A stretch of DNA of 64,000 nucleotides from an uncultured Gemmatimonadales bacterium (GTDB lineage Bacteria > Gemmatimonadota > Gemmatimonadetes > Gemmatimonadales > Gemmatimonadaceae), in assembly GCA_963793305.1 (NCBI GenBank), contig CAWBZV010000003.1, forward strand, positions 448,001 through 512,000. Direction: 5' to 3'. Each line of letters starts with the position of its first letter. The stretch's first letter is position 1. The notes beneath the pieces are model-generated. The model saw only the letters and a list, made by a program, of their open reading frames with translations. It searched no databases and was not told the origin of the DNA. A program made the translations under genes and the position numbers. Shown piece by piece: positions 41,781 to 53,306 of this stretch.

Positions 41781-41849
41781 ATAGAGTGTCGACAAGTGTA
41801 GTCACACTGACCCTCTTGTCAACCACTCGTAGTTCTGCCTTATTGGGGC

Positions 41850-42254
41850 ATGCCGCCAGCGCTGAGCGATCGTGAGCTCGACATCATGCGAGCCGTCTGG
41901 GACCTCGGCGCCGCGACCGTGGCGGAGGTACAACGCGCGCTCCGCGGACGACGTGTTCGACTGGCCCGGACGACGGTCGCGACGTTGCTCGATCGCCTCG
42001 AAACTAAGGGGGCGGTGCGACAGATAGAGGGAACTCGCCGTCCGGTGCGTCGATATGAGGCGGTCACGCCGCGCGAGGTGGCCGGGACCAGCGCATTGGC
42101 GCGTCTGGTCGAGACGGTTTTTGGTGGTATGCCCGGATTGGCGATGACGCACTTAGCGGGGGACGCGCGGCTGACGGGCGAGGAGTTATACGCCCTGCGA
42201 CGGATCCTGGATGAGCGACTGACGGCCCAACGTCGGAAGATGAGGCGCCCGTGA
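41850..42254 (+). CDS. BlaI/MecI/CopY family repressor
   Basis: LSDRELDIM..VW, TTVATLLDRLETKG, FGG. Confidence 0.9.
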   Translation: MPPALSDRELDIMRAVWDLGAATVAEVQRALRGRRVRLARTTVATLLDRLETKGAVRQIEGTRRPVRRYEAVTPREVAGTSALARLVETVFGGMPGLAMTHLAGDARLTGEELYALRRILDERLTAQRRKMRRP

Positions 42255-43337
42255 CGCAGGGTCTCATCGCTTGGGCGTGGTACGCCGCCGCCACGGGTGC
42301 CCTAGTTATAGTCGCGGCCGAGGCGCTCGATCGCGCCGCGCGGCTAGCCAGGCGGCAGACACGATGGGCGTGGCTGTCCGCGATCATCGCGACGATAGGC
42401 GTTCTCGCCTATGGCCCCCATCGTCTCGTTGCTCGCGGTCTCGCGGCTTCCGCCGCCGCCGCGATTCCGCTCAACGCGGTGTTCGTATTGCTCTGGTGCG
42501 GCGCGTCCGTCGCGCTCCTGGTGCGACTGGTCGTTTCGTTCTCGAGGGCGCGTGTGCAGCTTGTGGGTTTTTCGGTGCGCGACCTCGATGGCATTGACGT
42601 TCAGGTCAGCGATGCGATCGGTCCCGCCCTCGTGGGATTGTTCCGTCCGCGCATAGTCGTACCCTGGTGGTTCCTGGCGCTGCCCAAACCCGACCGCGTG
42701 CTCGTGATGCTCCACGAGCGAGAGCATCAGTCGGGCCCGTGATCCATTGGTCGGCGCATTCGGGGAGCTGGCACTCGCGCTCGTGCCTTGGCACGTCGCG
42801 CTCTGGTACGCGGTTCGGCGACTCCGTCGCGCCTTGGAGCTCGACTGCGACGCACGGGTGCTGCGTCGCGAGTCCAACGTCGAACGGTACGGACATCTCC
42901 TGTTGCGATGTGCGCGTTCTGGTGGCCTCGCGGGGTCGTTCACGAGTTGGCTCCGCGGACCAGCTGGCACGCTCGAATTGCGCATTCGTGCCATGACAGC
43001 CCCTCCACCGGCGCGCAGTCTGCAGCCTGCGTGTCTCTACGCCATCACGCTCTGTGCTGCGCTCATGGGGATCAGCACGCTGCATCGTCCCGCACCTCTT
43101 ATCCTCGTCCCGACCGTATCCACGGCGTCGCCGGTTGCCATGAGCGAGATCGATGATGCTGTCCGAGTGGTGGACATCGATCGTGCCGGCGCCGTGACGC
43201 ACCTGACGGGCGAGCCGCTCGATTCGCGCGATGCTGCGGCGCTGGCGAACGTGCGCGGCCCGGCGACGGTTCGATTTATTCCTGATCCCGACCGTCCATC
43301 GCAACTGGTTGCGATCGTCCGATATCAGCGGCATTAG
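42251..43337 (+). CDS. M56 (BlaR1-like) peptidase without penicillin-binding domain (frameshift near 42735)
   Basis: GLFRPRIVVP, HEREH, ELDCDARVL, YGHLLL. Confidence 0.82.
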
Positions 43338-43338
43338 C

Positions 43339-44296
43339 GTGGTTGATACCCCAACGATTATCGGGATCAACGTCGGTGGGACGAAGACAGCGATCGTCGA
43401 GGGAACGACGGGCGGCGAGATTCTGCAGCGTTCGGTCATGCCGACGAACGGCGCGCGTCCGTTCGTCGAGACGTTCCCGACCCTCGCGGAGCGTGTCGAG
43501 CATACGATCTCGGTATCGCAGTCAGTCGGCCGTCGGCCGATCGCGATTAGCGTCGCAGTGGCCGGTCCGATTGACGCAGGAGTGGGCCACTTGTTGGACC
43601 CGCCGAACTTGCCCGGCTGGCATGATGTGCCGCTCACGCGTACGCTGGAGCGTCGATTCCCAGCGTTGCCGGTGTTCGTAGAGCACGATGCGAAAGCGGG
43701 TGCGCTTGCCGAGTTCAGATTCGGTGCGGGCGCCTCACGATCCGGACTGAGAGATATGATCTTCCTAACGTTCGGAACTGGAAACGGCGCAGGCATTATT
43801 GTGGGCGGACAACTCGCGCGCGGTGCGAATGAGAATGGCCGGCGAAGTATGGGCGATGCCAGTCGCGCCTGACGACAGTGCGCGACTCAAAACAACGGAG
43901 GACGGCTGGGAGAGCGTCTCTTCCGGTCGCGGGCTCCTCTCGATCGCGCGACGGTTGTATCCGTCTCGTTGGAGCTCGGCGAATCGCATCAGCGATGTCG
44001 TTGATGCCGCGCTGGCCGGCGATGCGGATGCCCTCGAGGTGATCAATGAGGCGGGTCTTTGGCTCGGCGCAGGGTTGGCGGTGCTCGTCAGCGTCCTCAA
44101 CCCACAGCTCATCGTCATCGGCTCACTCGCGTGCGTGCTCGGGGACCGCCTCCTGGTGCCAGCACGCGCCGTGCTCGCTCGCCATGCGCTGCCACGCGCG
44201 GTTGCCGCGTGCGAGATCGTTCCGGGCCTACTCGGGAAGCGACTCGGTGACGTGCAGTCTCTGATGGCGGCGATTGTCGCGCTCGGCCCGCTGTGA
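43339..44296 (+). CDS. ROK family sugar kinase/regulator (frameshift near 43830)
   Basis: IGINVGGTK, PNLPGW, EHDAKAGALAE, GTGNGAGII, LNPQLIVIG. Confidence 0.85.
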
Positions 44297-45651
44297 GCGA
44301 GGCGAGTAGCGGGTACGCACGTCGTCTCGGTCTATTCGATGCTGCGATGGTTACGGCCGGCGGGATCATTGGCGGCGGGATTTTCCTGAACCCGTCGGTC
44401 GTCGCCCAGCGCGTCCCAACATCGACTCTCGTTCTCGTCGCCTGGGTCTTGGGTGGCGCGATAGCGGCAACGGGTGCTTTCTGCTTCGCGGAGCTTGGGG
44501 GGCGGCGCCCCGAGGCAGGCGGAGGCTACGTCTATCTAAAGGAAGCATTCGGCCCCCTGCCCGCGTTCTTGTACGGCTGGACGTTCCTCGTGGTCATCAA
44601 TACCGGTGGAATGGCGGCGGTCGCAGTCACGTTCGCGCACTACTCGGCCGATCTCGTTCACCTTCCCGTCAGCGCCGAGCGTCCGATCGCAATCGGAGTG
44701 GTGCTGCTACTCACCGTCGTCAATGTGCTCGGCATCCGTGCCGGCGCGACGACACAGAACATTTTCACGATCTTGAAATTGATAGCCCTGGCAGCCGTCA
44801 TTGTTGCCGGTGTCGCCATTGGGTTGGGCTATCACGGTGCGGGAGCCGCTCCGGTCACTGCTGACGCGCCCGTGGTTACCGGCGACTTGATCCGCATCAT
44901 AGGCGTAGCGCTCGTGCCGATATTGTTCGCCTACGGTGGTTGGGCGCATGCCAACAACGTTGGCGGCGAGGTGCGAGATCCCGAGCGCACGCTCCCGCGG
45001 GCGATGCTCGTCGGCATGGCGATCGTGGTCGTCGTCTATCTCCTCGCCAACATTGCCTATCTCGCCGCGCTCGGCCGAGATGGCCTAGCGGTGAGCCGCG
45101 CACCGGCGACGGATACCTTGCGCCGAGCAGTCGGTCCACTGGGCGGTACGCTCGTGGGACTCGGCATTGCGTTCTCCACGTTCGGATTCGTGAACATCAC
45201 GATCCTCTCGGCACCGCGGATCCTACAGGCCATGGCGGCCGACGGGCTCTTCTTCCATCAGGCAGCCGCCCTGCATCCACGCTATCGCACGCCGGCGGTC
45301 GCGCTCTGGTGCCAGGCGGCATGGGGTGTGGTCCTCACCGCAACAGGGAGCTACGGCGCGTTGCTCGACTATGTCGTATTCGGCGACTGGCTATTCTTCG
45401 CTTTGATCGTCGCCACACTGTTCGTCTATCGTCGGCGTGAGCGCGAGAGCGGCGCGACGACTGGGGGCTTTCGGGTACCGGGATATCCGGTGGTGCCAGT
45501 AGTGTTCATCGTGGCCGCGGTGTACGTCATGGTGAGCAGCATTCGATCGGGGCCGCGCAATGCGCTCATCGGGGCAGGGCTGATCGCACTCGGCGTTCCG
45601 GTCTATCTGATCTGGCGGCGTGCGCCAGCTGGCGTTCTTTCGGGCGAATAA
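44293..45651 (+). CDS. APC family amino acid permease
   Basis: IIGGGIF, FAELG..PEAGG.Y.YL, FAYGGW, GEVRDPERTLP. Confidence 0.92.
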   Translation: MSEASSGYARRLGLFDAAMVTAGGIIGGGIFLNPSVVAQRVPTSTLVLVAWVLGGAIAATGAFCFAELGGRRPEAGGGYVYLKEAFGPLPAFLYGWTFLVVINTGGMAAVAVTFAHYSADLVHLPVSAERPIAIGVVLLLTVVNVLGIRAGATTQNIFTILKLIALAAVIVAGVAIGLGYHGAGAAPVTADAPVVTGDLIRIIGVALVPILFAYGGWAHANNVGGEVRDPERTLPRAMLVGMAIVVVVYLLANIAYLAALGRDGLAVSRAPATDTLRRAVGPLGGTLVGLGIAFSTFGFVNITILSAPRILQAMAADGLFFHQAAALHPRYRTPAVALWCQAAWGVVLTATGSYGALLDYVVFGDWLFFALIVATLFVYRRRERESGATTGGFRVPGYPVVPVVFIVAAVYVMVSSIRSGPRNALIGAGLIALGVPVYLIWRRAPAGVLSGE

Positions 45652-45654
45652 ACG

Positions 45655-46983
45655 TCACACGGCGTCGGATACGCTCGTGAACGTGAAGTCGCGTGCCTTG
45701 AGCACGGGCATGGCCGTATCGCCATCGCCGACTCGACGCACCGGCCCGAGTGCGTCGAGGTTGTTGAGCACGAACAATGGCGACTCGTTGAAGCGCAGGT
45801 TCTTGACGGCCCGCGTGATCTCACCGCGCTCAATGAGAAACACTCCGTCGCGGGTGAGCCCGGTGTGCAAGGCTGTTTGTGGGTCCACCTCAACGGTGTA
45901 CCAGAATCGAGTGACAAGCAGGCCACGGTCAGTGCTGCGGATCATGGCCTCACGCGACATCGGACCACCGGCGACCTTAGATGACGTCGCACCGCCTATG
46001 TATAGTCGGCCTTGTCTTTTCGCCCAGTACCGTGAGCTCCACAGTTGCCGCAGGACGCCACGCTCGATCCAGACCTGCCGGCTGACCGGAAACCCATCGC
46101 CATCGAACGGCGCCGCGAGCAGATCCGGATCGGAGGGATCGGAGAACAGCGTTACGCGCGGGTCGACGACTTGCTGACCAACTCTGTTCCCTCCTCCGGG
46201 TTTGGCGAATGGGCTCCGACCTTCGTCGGCCTCGCGCGCACCGAACGACAGCAGGCCAATGATGGTGTTGGTCGCCTCTGGCTCTAAAATGACTGTGTAT
46301 CGCCCGGGCTCGATTGCCGCGGCGTTCCGGGAGCAATGTGCTGTATCGAGAGCACGTGACGCGACGGCGGCTGCATCGAGGTGCGTCCAATCGTGCTCAT
46401 TCGCTGACGCCCAGCCGGAGCCCATGCCATCCACGCTTCGCACGGAGAGGGTGTAGGTCGCGCCGGTTGCGCGCCAGTAGGCGGACAGTCCCGCGCTGTT
46501 GGCGAGCAGCGAGGATGTCGCGTTCGTCTCAATGGATCCGGCGGCCACGAACCCTGAAGACCCCGATTGCCGGGCCGGCTCGAGCGCCGCGAGCGCCACC
46601 TGAGCGCGCTCGCCTGCTCCAACTGCGGCCGTCGACTCAAAGTAGGCGTTGATGTCCTGATGGGTTTGTGGACCGAGCGGCGGCATAGCCTCCGGGTCCT
46701 CGGGCACGAGCTTGGCCAGCGACTCTGCGCGGTGAACGGCGGTCCGGAGGGCATCGTCTGAAAGATCGTTCGTCTGAATGGCAGCGTGCCTCGCGCCGAA
46801 CGACGTGTCGATGACGACGTGGGTGTCACGGACATCGCCGACAGTCGTTAATTCGTTCACCGCGAATCGCGTGTTACCCGTCATGGTGCTGACGATACCG
46901 ACGACTGTGACGTTAGCGGTCGCGAATCGACAGATTCGCGCCGCGATGTCTTCCAACTCCGTGCGCGGCAATGGCGAGCTCAT
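45655..46983 (-). CDS. TldE/PmbA family protein
   Basis: TRFAVNE, IEPGRYTVILEP, PFDGDG, TGLTRDG, NLRFNESP; no HExxH. Confidence 0.88.
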   Translation of the reverse strand: MSSPLPRTELEDIAARICRFATANVTVVGIVSTMTGNTRFAVNELTTVGDVRDTHVVIDTSFGARHAAIQTNDLSDDALRTAVHRAESLAKLVPEDPEAMPPLGPQTHQDINAYFESTAAVGAGERAQVALAALEPARQSGSSGFVAAGSIETNATSSLLANSAGLSAYWRATGATYTLSVRSVDGMGSGWASANEHDWTHLDAAAVASRALDTAHCSRNAAAIEPGRYTVILEPEATNTIIGLLSFGAREADEGRSPFAKPGGGNRVGQQVVDPRVTLFSDPSDPDLLAAPFDGDGFPVSRQVWIERGVLRQLWSSRYWAKRQGRLYIGGATSSKVAGGPMSREAMIRSTDRGLLVTRFWYTVEVDPQTALHTGLTRDGVFLIERGEITRAVKNLRFNESPLFVLNNLDALGPVRRVGDGDTAMPVLKARDFTFTSVSDAV

Positions 46984-48575
46984 ACGCGCCGTCCGGTGTT
47001 GATGACGTTCACTTGCGAGAACAACGCTGGCACTGAGCCATGACTCACTGCGTTGGTCTGTACCGGCTCTCCTTTGCCGTCGGCGAATGTTCCCCGGAGC
47101 TCATAACTCCGTGGCCCGCCCAGCATCCGGAGCGAGTTCCAGAAGTCGAGCGTGCGAATCTGATAGCTCACATCTCGCAGCATCCCGATGATCTTGCCCC
47201 CCCTGATCTCATAGAAGAGCTGGCCGCCGAACTGCGCGTTGTATCGTTGATGGTCGATCGAGAATGAGCCGTTGCCGATGATCGCGATGCCGTGGTCAGT
47301 CGCGGCGATCAGATCTTCCCACATCAGGTCGTGATCACCCGGCAGGAGCGACACGTTCGGCATCCGCTGGAACTGTATACTTGCCCAGTCTTGCGCGTAG
47401 GAACAGCCGTGCGAGCGTGTGGGCCGTCCCGTTTTGTCGTACCACCACCTCAGCCACTGGGCCTGCTCGCGGGTGGTTTGATAATCGTCCAGTATCCCGT
47501 TCTTGATCAGCAGGAAATCATCCGGCGCGACGCCATCATCGTCGTATCCAATTGTGGCCAAGGCGCCCGGTTGGGAGCGGTCGGCCCGCACGTTCATGAT
47601 CGAGGGCCCATATTGCAGCGCACCGAGCACTTTCTCCGGCGGTGCGACGAAGCTCGTGCCGGCCAGGTTCGCTTCATAACCCAGCGCGCGGTCGAGCTCC
47701 GTCGCGTGGCCGATCGACTCGTGAATGGTGAGCCAGAGATTCGAGGGGTGGAGCACGAGATCGTATCGCTCGATCTCGACCGGCTTCGCACGCAGCTTTG
47801 TCGCGGCCTGCTCGGCCCACTCACGGGCACGGTCGACGAGGCCAAGTTCATCGACGTATTCCCACCCACGTCCCATTGGCGCCAGCGGGATACTAATGGA
47901 TTGAAATGCGGTGCGGTCCGATGAAATCGCGGTGAGGTCCATGGACGGTCCGCTGCGGATTGCGGTCTGGGAGATCACCGAGCCATCAGTCGAGGCGTAG
48001 TGACGCTCTTCTTTGCCGAACCACAGGCTGCTGGACGCGAACTCCACCTTACGAGTTGCGAGCGCAGTCGAGTTGGCCCGCAGTAGCAGGTCGACTTCCT
48101 GTTCGACCGTTACATCGAACGGATCGATGCGGTAGGGGCTAGCCCACCGCGCGCGTTGAGCCGGCGCCGCCGCGAGCTCGACCGGCATATCACGAGCGGC
48201 ACGCGAGGACTTCGACACGGCCACCGCTTGTCGCGCGGCGGCGGTGACGCCGTCAGGCGTCAGCACGCGGGTCGCCGCGAAGCCCCAGGTGCCATCGACC
48301 AGGGCGCGGACGCCGCAGCCGACGCTGTCAGATTCGCCGACTCCCACAACCTGATGCTCTCGGGTTTGGATCCCGTGGCCGCGCAGGCGCTGGATCCGCA
48401 CATCTGCGAACCGCGCTCCAGCCGATTGCGCAGTGTCCACCGCGCGCGCGAGCAACGTCTCGATGGTTGGCGGGTCGTTCATGACTCGTTCCAGCCATCG
48501 GAGCGCACGACCACGACCAGTCGCGACAGCCGCCATCGCCGTGGTGTGGCTCAGAAAGTCGCGGCGGCTGCTCAT
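46980..48575 (-). CDS. TldD family metalloprotease with Tat signal
   Basis: SRRDFL; ADVR, GTWGFA, HESIGH..ELDR, YDDDG, QRMPN, DGKGEP. Confidence 0.9.
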   Translation of the reverse strand: MSSRRDFLSHTTAMAAVATGRGRALRWLERVMNDPPTIETLLARAVDTAQSAGARFADVRIQRLRGHGIQTREHQVVGVGESDSVGCGVRALVDGTWGFAATRVLTPDGVTAAARQAVAVSKSSRAARDMPVELAAAPAQRARWASPYRIDPFDVTVEQEVDLLLRANSTALATRKVEFASSSLWFGKEERHYASTDGSVISQTAIRSGPSMDLTAISSDRTAFQSISIPLAPMGRGWEYVDELGLVDRAREWAEQAATKLRAKPVEIERYDLVLHPSNLWLTIHESIGHATELDRALGYEANLAGTSFVAPPEKVLGALQYGPSIMNVRADRSQPGALATIGYDDDGVAPDDFLLIKNGILDDYQTTREQAQWLRWWYDKTGRPTRSHGCSYAQDWASIQFQRMPNVSLLPGDHDLMWEDLIAATDHGIAIIGNGSFSIDHQRYNAQFGGQLFYEIRGGKIIGMLRDVSYQIRTLDFWNSLRMLGGPRSYELRGTFADGKGEPVQTNAVSHGSVPALFSQVNVINTGRRV

Positions 48576-49705
48576 ACGGGTTTCACCGCACCTTCCCACC
48601 AGTGCGCATCGAGAGCTTCTTGTAATTGGTTTTGGACACCCAACCAGTCCCACCGGCTGCGTTGCCGGATGAACCGCATCGTCGGATACCACGGCGTGGT
48701 ATCGGCGAAGCCCCATTGGAAGTCACCGGGAAAGGGGAGAAGAGTCAGCGTTGGCGCACCGAGTGAGCCTGCCAAATGAGCGACAGAGGTGTCGACGGTG
48801 ATCACACCGTCGAGACTCGCGATCAAGTTGGCCGTGTCCGCGAATGACTCGAGTGGCGGGTCCGGCAACCGGAGGAATCGCTTATAGATAAAAGCCTCGT
48901 CCGCCCGTTCGCCGACCTGCAGGCTATAGAATTCAACATCGGGTCGCCAAAAGAACGGCATGAGAACGCGCAAGGACAACGAGCGCTCCATGTGGTCGAA
49001 CCACCCGCTGCACGCCCATGCGAGTCCGAGACGAGCGGGGTTCGTCCGTTCCGGCAACGTCAGCGGCGAGGGGGCTGACCGGCGCACGAAGGGCGGCAGC
49101 GAACCAACCAGTCGGGGCAGGAGGCTGGCGTTCAGCGCGCGATCAAAGTGGGCGTCGGTCCTGGTGCGATCCCACGCCTGCATGCCCGACAGGTGACCGA
49201 AGTTGTACTCAAAAAATCGTATCAAGTTCGCGTCGACGGCCCAGAAGATCGGCGCCGATACTCTATCGTGCAGCGCTTCGGCGAAGCGCAGCCAGCTAAT
49301 TGTTGCGCCGTAGTCAGTGAGCTCCGCGACGAGGAGCGTCTTTCCGGAGAGGTCTTCGACCCCATCCCACCAACGATCCACACCCGGAGGGAGAAACTCG
49401 GGATTGGTCGGCCATGACACGTCTTGCCAACCGTTCCAGTCGCCGAGCCGCTTCAGCGCGTCGCGTCGGTCAGCGGTGCTTTTGTCCGAGTCGTGCGGTC
49501 GAGTCAAAGCGAGAGCTACACCCCAGCGCCAGAGAGGGATGGAACCACCATCCAAGCACGCGTTGGCGAGCCGGTAGAGATGTACGGGGTTCTCGCGCTC
49601 GCGGCTGGCATGCGCGACGTATAAGTCGATCCGATGCGTCTCCGGGAGGTCCCGAAAGGCGGCGCGGCAGGCCTCGAAGTAAAAGGCGACGTTGTTCGTG
49701 GTCAT
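48572..49705 (-). CDS. GT9-like protein, paralog 2 (GD motif altered to GA)
   Basis: RLGDWNGW, WDGVEDL, TDYGATISWLRF, LDGVITVDTSVAHLAG, TPWYPTMRFIRQ. Confidence 0.82.
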   Translation of the reverse strand: MTTNNVAFYFEACRAAFRDLPETHRIDLYVAHASRERENPVHLYRLANACLDGGSIPLWRWGVALALTRPHDSDKSTADRRDALKRLGDWNGWQDVSWPTNPEFLPPGVDRWWDGVEDLSGKTLLVAELTDYGATISWLRFAEALHDRVSAPIFWAVDANLIRFFEYNFGHLSGMQAWDRTRTDAHFDRALNASLLPRLVGSLPPFVRRSAPSPLTLPERTNPARLGLAWACSGWFDHMERSLSLRVLMPFFWRPDVEFYSLQVGERADEAFIYKRFLRLPDPPLESFADTANLIASLDGVITVDTSVAHLAGSLGAPTLTLLPFPGDFQWGFADTTPWYPTMRFIRQRSRWDWLGVQNQLQEALDAHWWEGAVKPV

Positions 49706-49774
49706 CCTAAATCACGGCTCCCGGTCAGAACGACGAGCATGCGAAAGTGGCGCGGCGACGCGGCTCATCCTGGT

Positions 49775-51650
49775 TCACCGATACCCAACCGCCTGCAGCT
49801 CGAACAGCTCAGCATACAAGCCGTTCTGCTTCAGGAGGTCTTGATGCCCGCCGTCCTCGACGACGGAGCCGTGTTGGAGAACCACGATGCGGTCGGCCAT
49901 GCGGATCGTCGAAAATCGATGCGAGATGAGCATGGCCATCCGGCCGGCCATCAACTCGGAAAAGCGCAGAAAGACCTCGTACTCGGCCCGAGCGTCCAGC
50001 GCCGCGGTCGGTTCGTCGAGAATAAGCAGGTCGGCAGCCCGCAGGTACGCACGCGCCAAGGCAACTTTCTGCCATTCCCCGCCGGACAGATCGACGCCGT
50101 CATCGAACCGTTTCCCGAGCATCTGGCGATAGCCATGCGGAAAGCGAGGAATCAGAGTCGATGCGAGCGAATCTTCGGCGGCCGCGATGATCGACGGGAC
50201 GATAGTCGCGGCCGGCTCGGTTCCCGGTTCGTGGCCCGCCACAGCGTCGAGGTACGACCGCGTCTCATCGATTCGACCGACGCCGATATTTTCGTCGAGC
50301 CGCATGTCGTAGCGGACGAAATCTTGGAAGATCACGCCGATCGCTTGGCGAACGGACCCCAGGTCGTACTCACGGAGATCCAAGCCGTCGAGCAGAGATG
50401 CGGCCTTCAGTCGGGTCGTAGAGGCGAGCGATGAGCTTGGCGATCGTCGTCTTGCCAGCTCCATTCTCACCGACAAGCGCGAGGCGCTCGGCCCGGCGCA
50501 ACTCGAAGTTGATGCCGCGGACGGCCCAACGATCGGTCCCAGGATATCGGAATCCGACACTCTCGAACACGAACCCATGTCGGATGGGTGACGGAACCAA
50601 CGGTGCGCGCGGCTTGCTGACGATCGTCGGGCGGATCTCGAAAAACAGGAAGAGATCGCGCAGGTAGAGCGACTGCTCGTACACATCGCGCGCCTGGTTC
50701 ACCGAATTCTGAATGATCGATCGCACCTGCATGAAGGCGCCAGCTAGGAAGGTCATCGACCCGAGCGTAACCGCGCCGCTCATGGTCGCGATCAGGATCA
50801 TGGCGTAGCCGCCGTAATACCCCAGGGTTCCGAGGAGGGCCAAGCTGGCGCCGGCGCGAGCGCGTCGCACCGCGAGTTTTCTATTTTCATTATAGTAGCG
50901 CTGGGCAAGCGTCCGGAATCGGTCTCGGAGCCAGATGCCGAGTCCGAAGAGCTGCACCTCTTTCGCCGTTCGGTCGCACGCCCCGACGTACCGTATGTAA
51001 TCGAGCTCGCGACGCTGCGGTGTCCAACTGTAGGCAAGCGAGTAACTGAGCCCCGCGAAGTGCGCCTCGCTCACCAGGCCCGGGATCACGGCCACGAGCA
51101 GGATCACGAGCAACCACGGGTTGAACGCGAGCATAGCCGCCGCAAAGCCGACGAGGGTGAGCCAATCTTGCCCCATCGACAACAATTGGCCAATGAGATT
51201 GATGCGGGACGTCGATTGTTGGCGTGCGCGCTCGAGCAAGTCGTAGAACGTCGGATCTTCGAACTGCGTGAGGTCGAGCGTCGCGGCGTGCGCCATGATG
51301 CGCTCGCTGACGCGGTTGACGAAGAGGTCACCCAGGAGCGAGTCGACCAGCGCCGACAAGCGACCAACGACCTCTGCGGTGGCGACGATCGTCAGTTCGA
51401 TCGCAAACAGTGTCCACATCCGGTGCCAATCCGGATTGTGCCCTCGACCGGCCGCGACGACATCGATGATCAACTTGCCGACCCACAGCGTCGCGAGCGG
51501 GAGCGCGGCCCGAATGACGCGGAAACCACCCATCGTGAGGGCGAGCGCCGGGCTGGTAGACCAAACCAATCTCAGTAAGCGCGGGATGTATCGCAGCCCC
51601 GCTAGTCGCCGACGGAATCCGGACGGTAGGCCGTTGGCGCGGGTCGACAT
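49775..51650 (-). CDS. ABC exporter, fused TMD-ATPase (frameshift near 50395)
   Basis: 6-TM domain, GENGAGKTT, IFQDF, LSGGEWQK, LDEPTAALD, SHRFST. Confidence 0.92.
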
Positions 51651-51775
51651 CGTGAGGATCAGGATATCGCACCCGCAAGCATCGTGGAATACCGCGGCGG
51701 CGGGATCGCCGATGCTACTCGAAGCCCGCCTGTACGGTCACCGAAGGGGCTCCGTCTTGAAGGTACCATCGTAGG

Positions 51776-52126
51776 ATGAGCGAAGAACACGGTAATGGTG
51801 CGATGCTATCTGGCGACCATCTCGTCACGATCCCGGAGACGGTCGCGTCGATGCAGGTTGGTGAGGACACGCTCGTCCATGATATGATCACGCAGCGGTT
51901 GCACCGACTCGATGCGGTCGGAACGCGGATCTGGGAGCTGATCGATGCTGGCCACACGGTCGAGGTCATCGTGCAGACGCTCGCCAAGGAGTACCAGTTG
52001 CCGGACGACATGCCACCATCACAGTTACATGACGATGTGTTGGCAATAGTGTCCGACCTGCATCGCCTCGGCTTGGTCCTCAGCGATCACGCCGGCTCGA
52101 GGATCTTGAAATCTACCAACTGCTGA
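51776..52126 (+). CDS. PqqD/RRE protein 2
   Basis: HRLDAVGTRIWELID...IVQTLAKEY...DVLAIVSDLHRLGLV. Confidence 0.85.
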   Translation: MSEEHGNGAMLSGDHLVTIPETVASMQVGEDTLVHDMITQRLHRLDAVGTRIWELIDAGHTVEVIVQTLAKEYQLPDDMPPSQLHDDVLAIVSDLHRLGLVLSDHAGSRILKSTNC

Positions 52127-53171
52127 ACGGTCCAGTTGGAAATCCGTGTACCGGAACGCTGCGCCTGCGCCTGGATATCGGCGGTGGCACGTTGTCCATC
52201 AAAAAGTGGCAGAATGTCAACGATACCCGCCAGCACCACGAGTCGATCAGACGAGCCTAGGCTTTGAAGGTGAGCCACGCTGTCTTTGCCGTTGGTGACC
52301 CAGAACCGTCGGACGCGTAGCCGATCAGGTACCGAGTCAGACACCAACTCGTCGTACGTCTCGCGGCTAAGGCGCGCGGCAAGGCGAACCCGCGGTCCAC
52401 CAATGGCGAGAACATCCGGCCACGACAACACAGATACCAAGCGTGCCGCGCTCGAGTAAAACTCGCGCTCCCGGCCGTTCCATGTATCTCCCCAGGCTTG
52501 TCGATAGAGCGCCGGATCACTCTCATTGTCAATGTCTGCCGCGGTGACGCGCCCGGGCCGTTTGGCGTTGTCGCGCGATGCCAGGAGGTACTTCAGTGCG
52601 GCGCCGCCAATGTCCAGGTGCTCAATGCACCAGAGCTCGATGAGATGACTCGATCTCACTCAGCAAAGACAGGAGACGGCGCCAGAACTCCCGTCCGACG
52701 GATCCCCGCACGACCTGACAGTAATACGTCGAGCAGATAGCGTTTCGGTATCGCCAGAATGCCGCACAGCCCACCAGCTTCGATGTAGTGCGGGCACCTC
52801 AGCCCGCGAGCGACGCCAAAGGCGTGGTCGGCTTGAGCATAGAGCAATGCATATGTTGCTGGCGCATCCAATCCGAACGGCGTGACTCCCACCTTGGCGG
52901 CGATGCGCGCCTCGACCGAGTGACGACCGATGTCTGTTTCGGGCGATGTGTCGTTGAGTATGCCCCCGACGGCGAAGTTCGGGAGGTGGGGGAAAAATGA
53001 GCAGCACTTCACATCGGGTCGGAAGGGTGCCACGCCGGTCTCTGGGGAAGGTCGGCACATGGTGCAGTCCGAACACGTCGCGCGCGATTCGTCAGGAATT
53101 GGACCACCAAACAGGTCCTGCAACCATCTCGCGGTGAGTGGCGGCAACTGCACTGACGCTGGGGAACGCAT
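52087..53171 (-). CDS. Cys-rich YkgJ/CxxCxxCC-like putative Fe-S protein (two frameshifts)
   Basis: CSDCTMC...KCC...CPHY...LCGI; shifted frame WRYRNAICSTYYC; continues into ORF 52087-52659. Confidence 0.65.
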
Positions 53172-53306
53172 GGCGGAATGAAGTCTATCGAGTCTGCCCT
53201 CCGCATCACGAGACTCACGGAGCGGATCTCAGACTCGCCTGCGATCGCACAATCTCGCCCATGCCGCTCGTGGGGTGCTCCCGTGAACTGGCCTAGCATT
53301 TCGCCC

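Noticed and set aside
49705..49775. Short ORF MSRVAAPLSHARRSDREP as a second precursor
   Set aside because: No YxxP leader, Thr(-2) or ring-forming pattern
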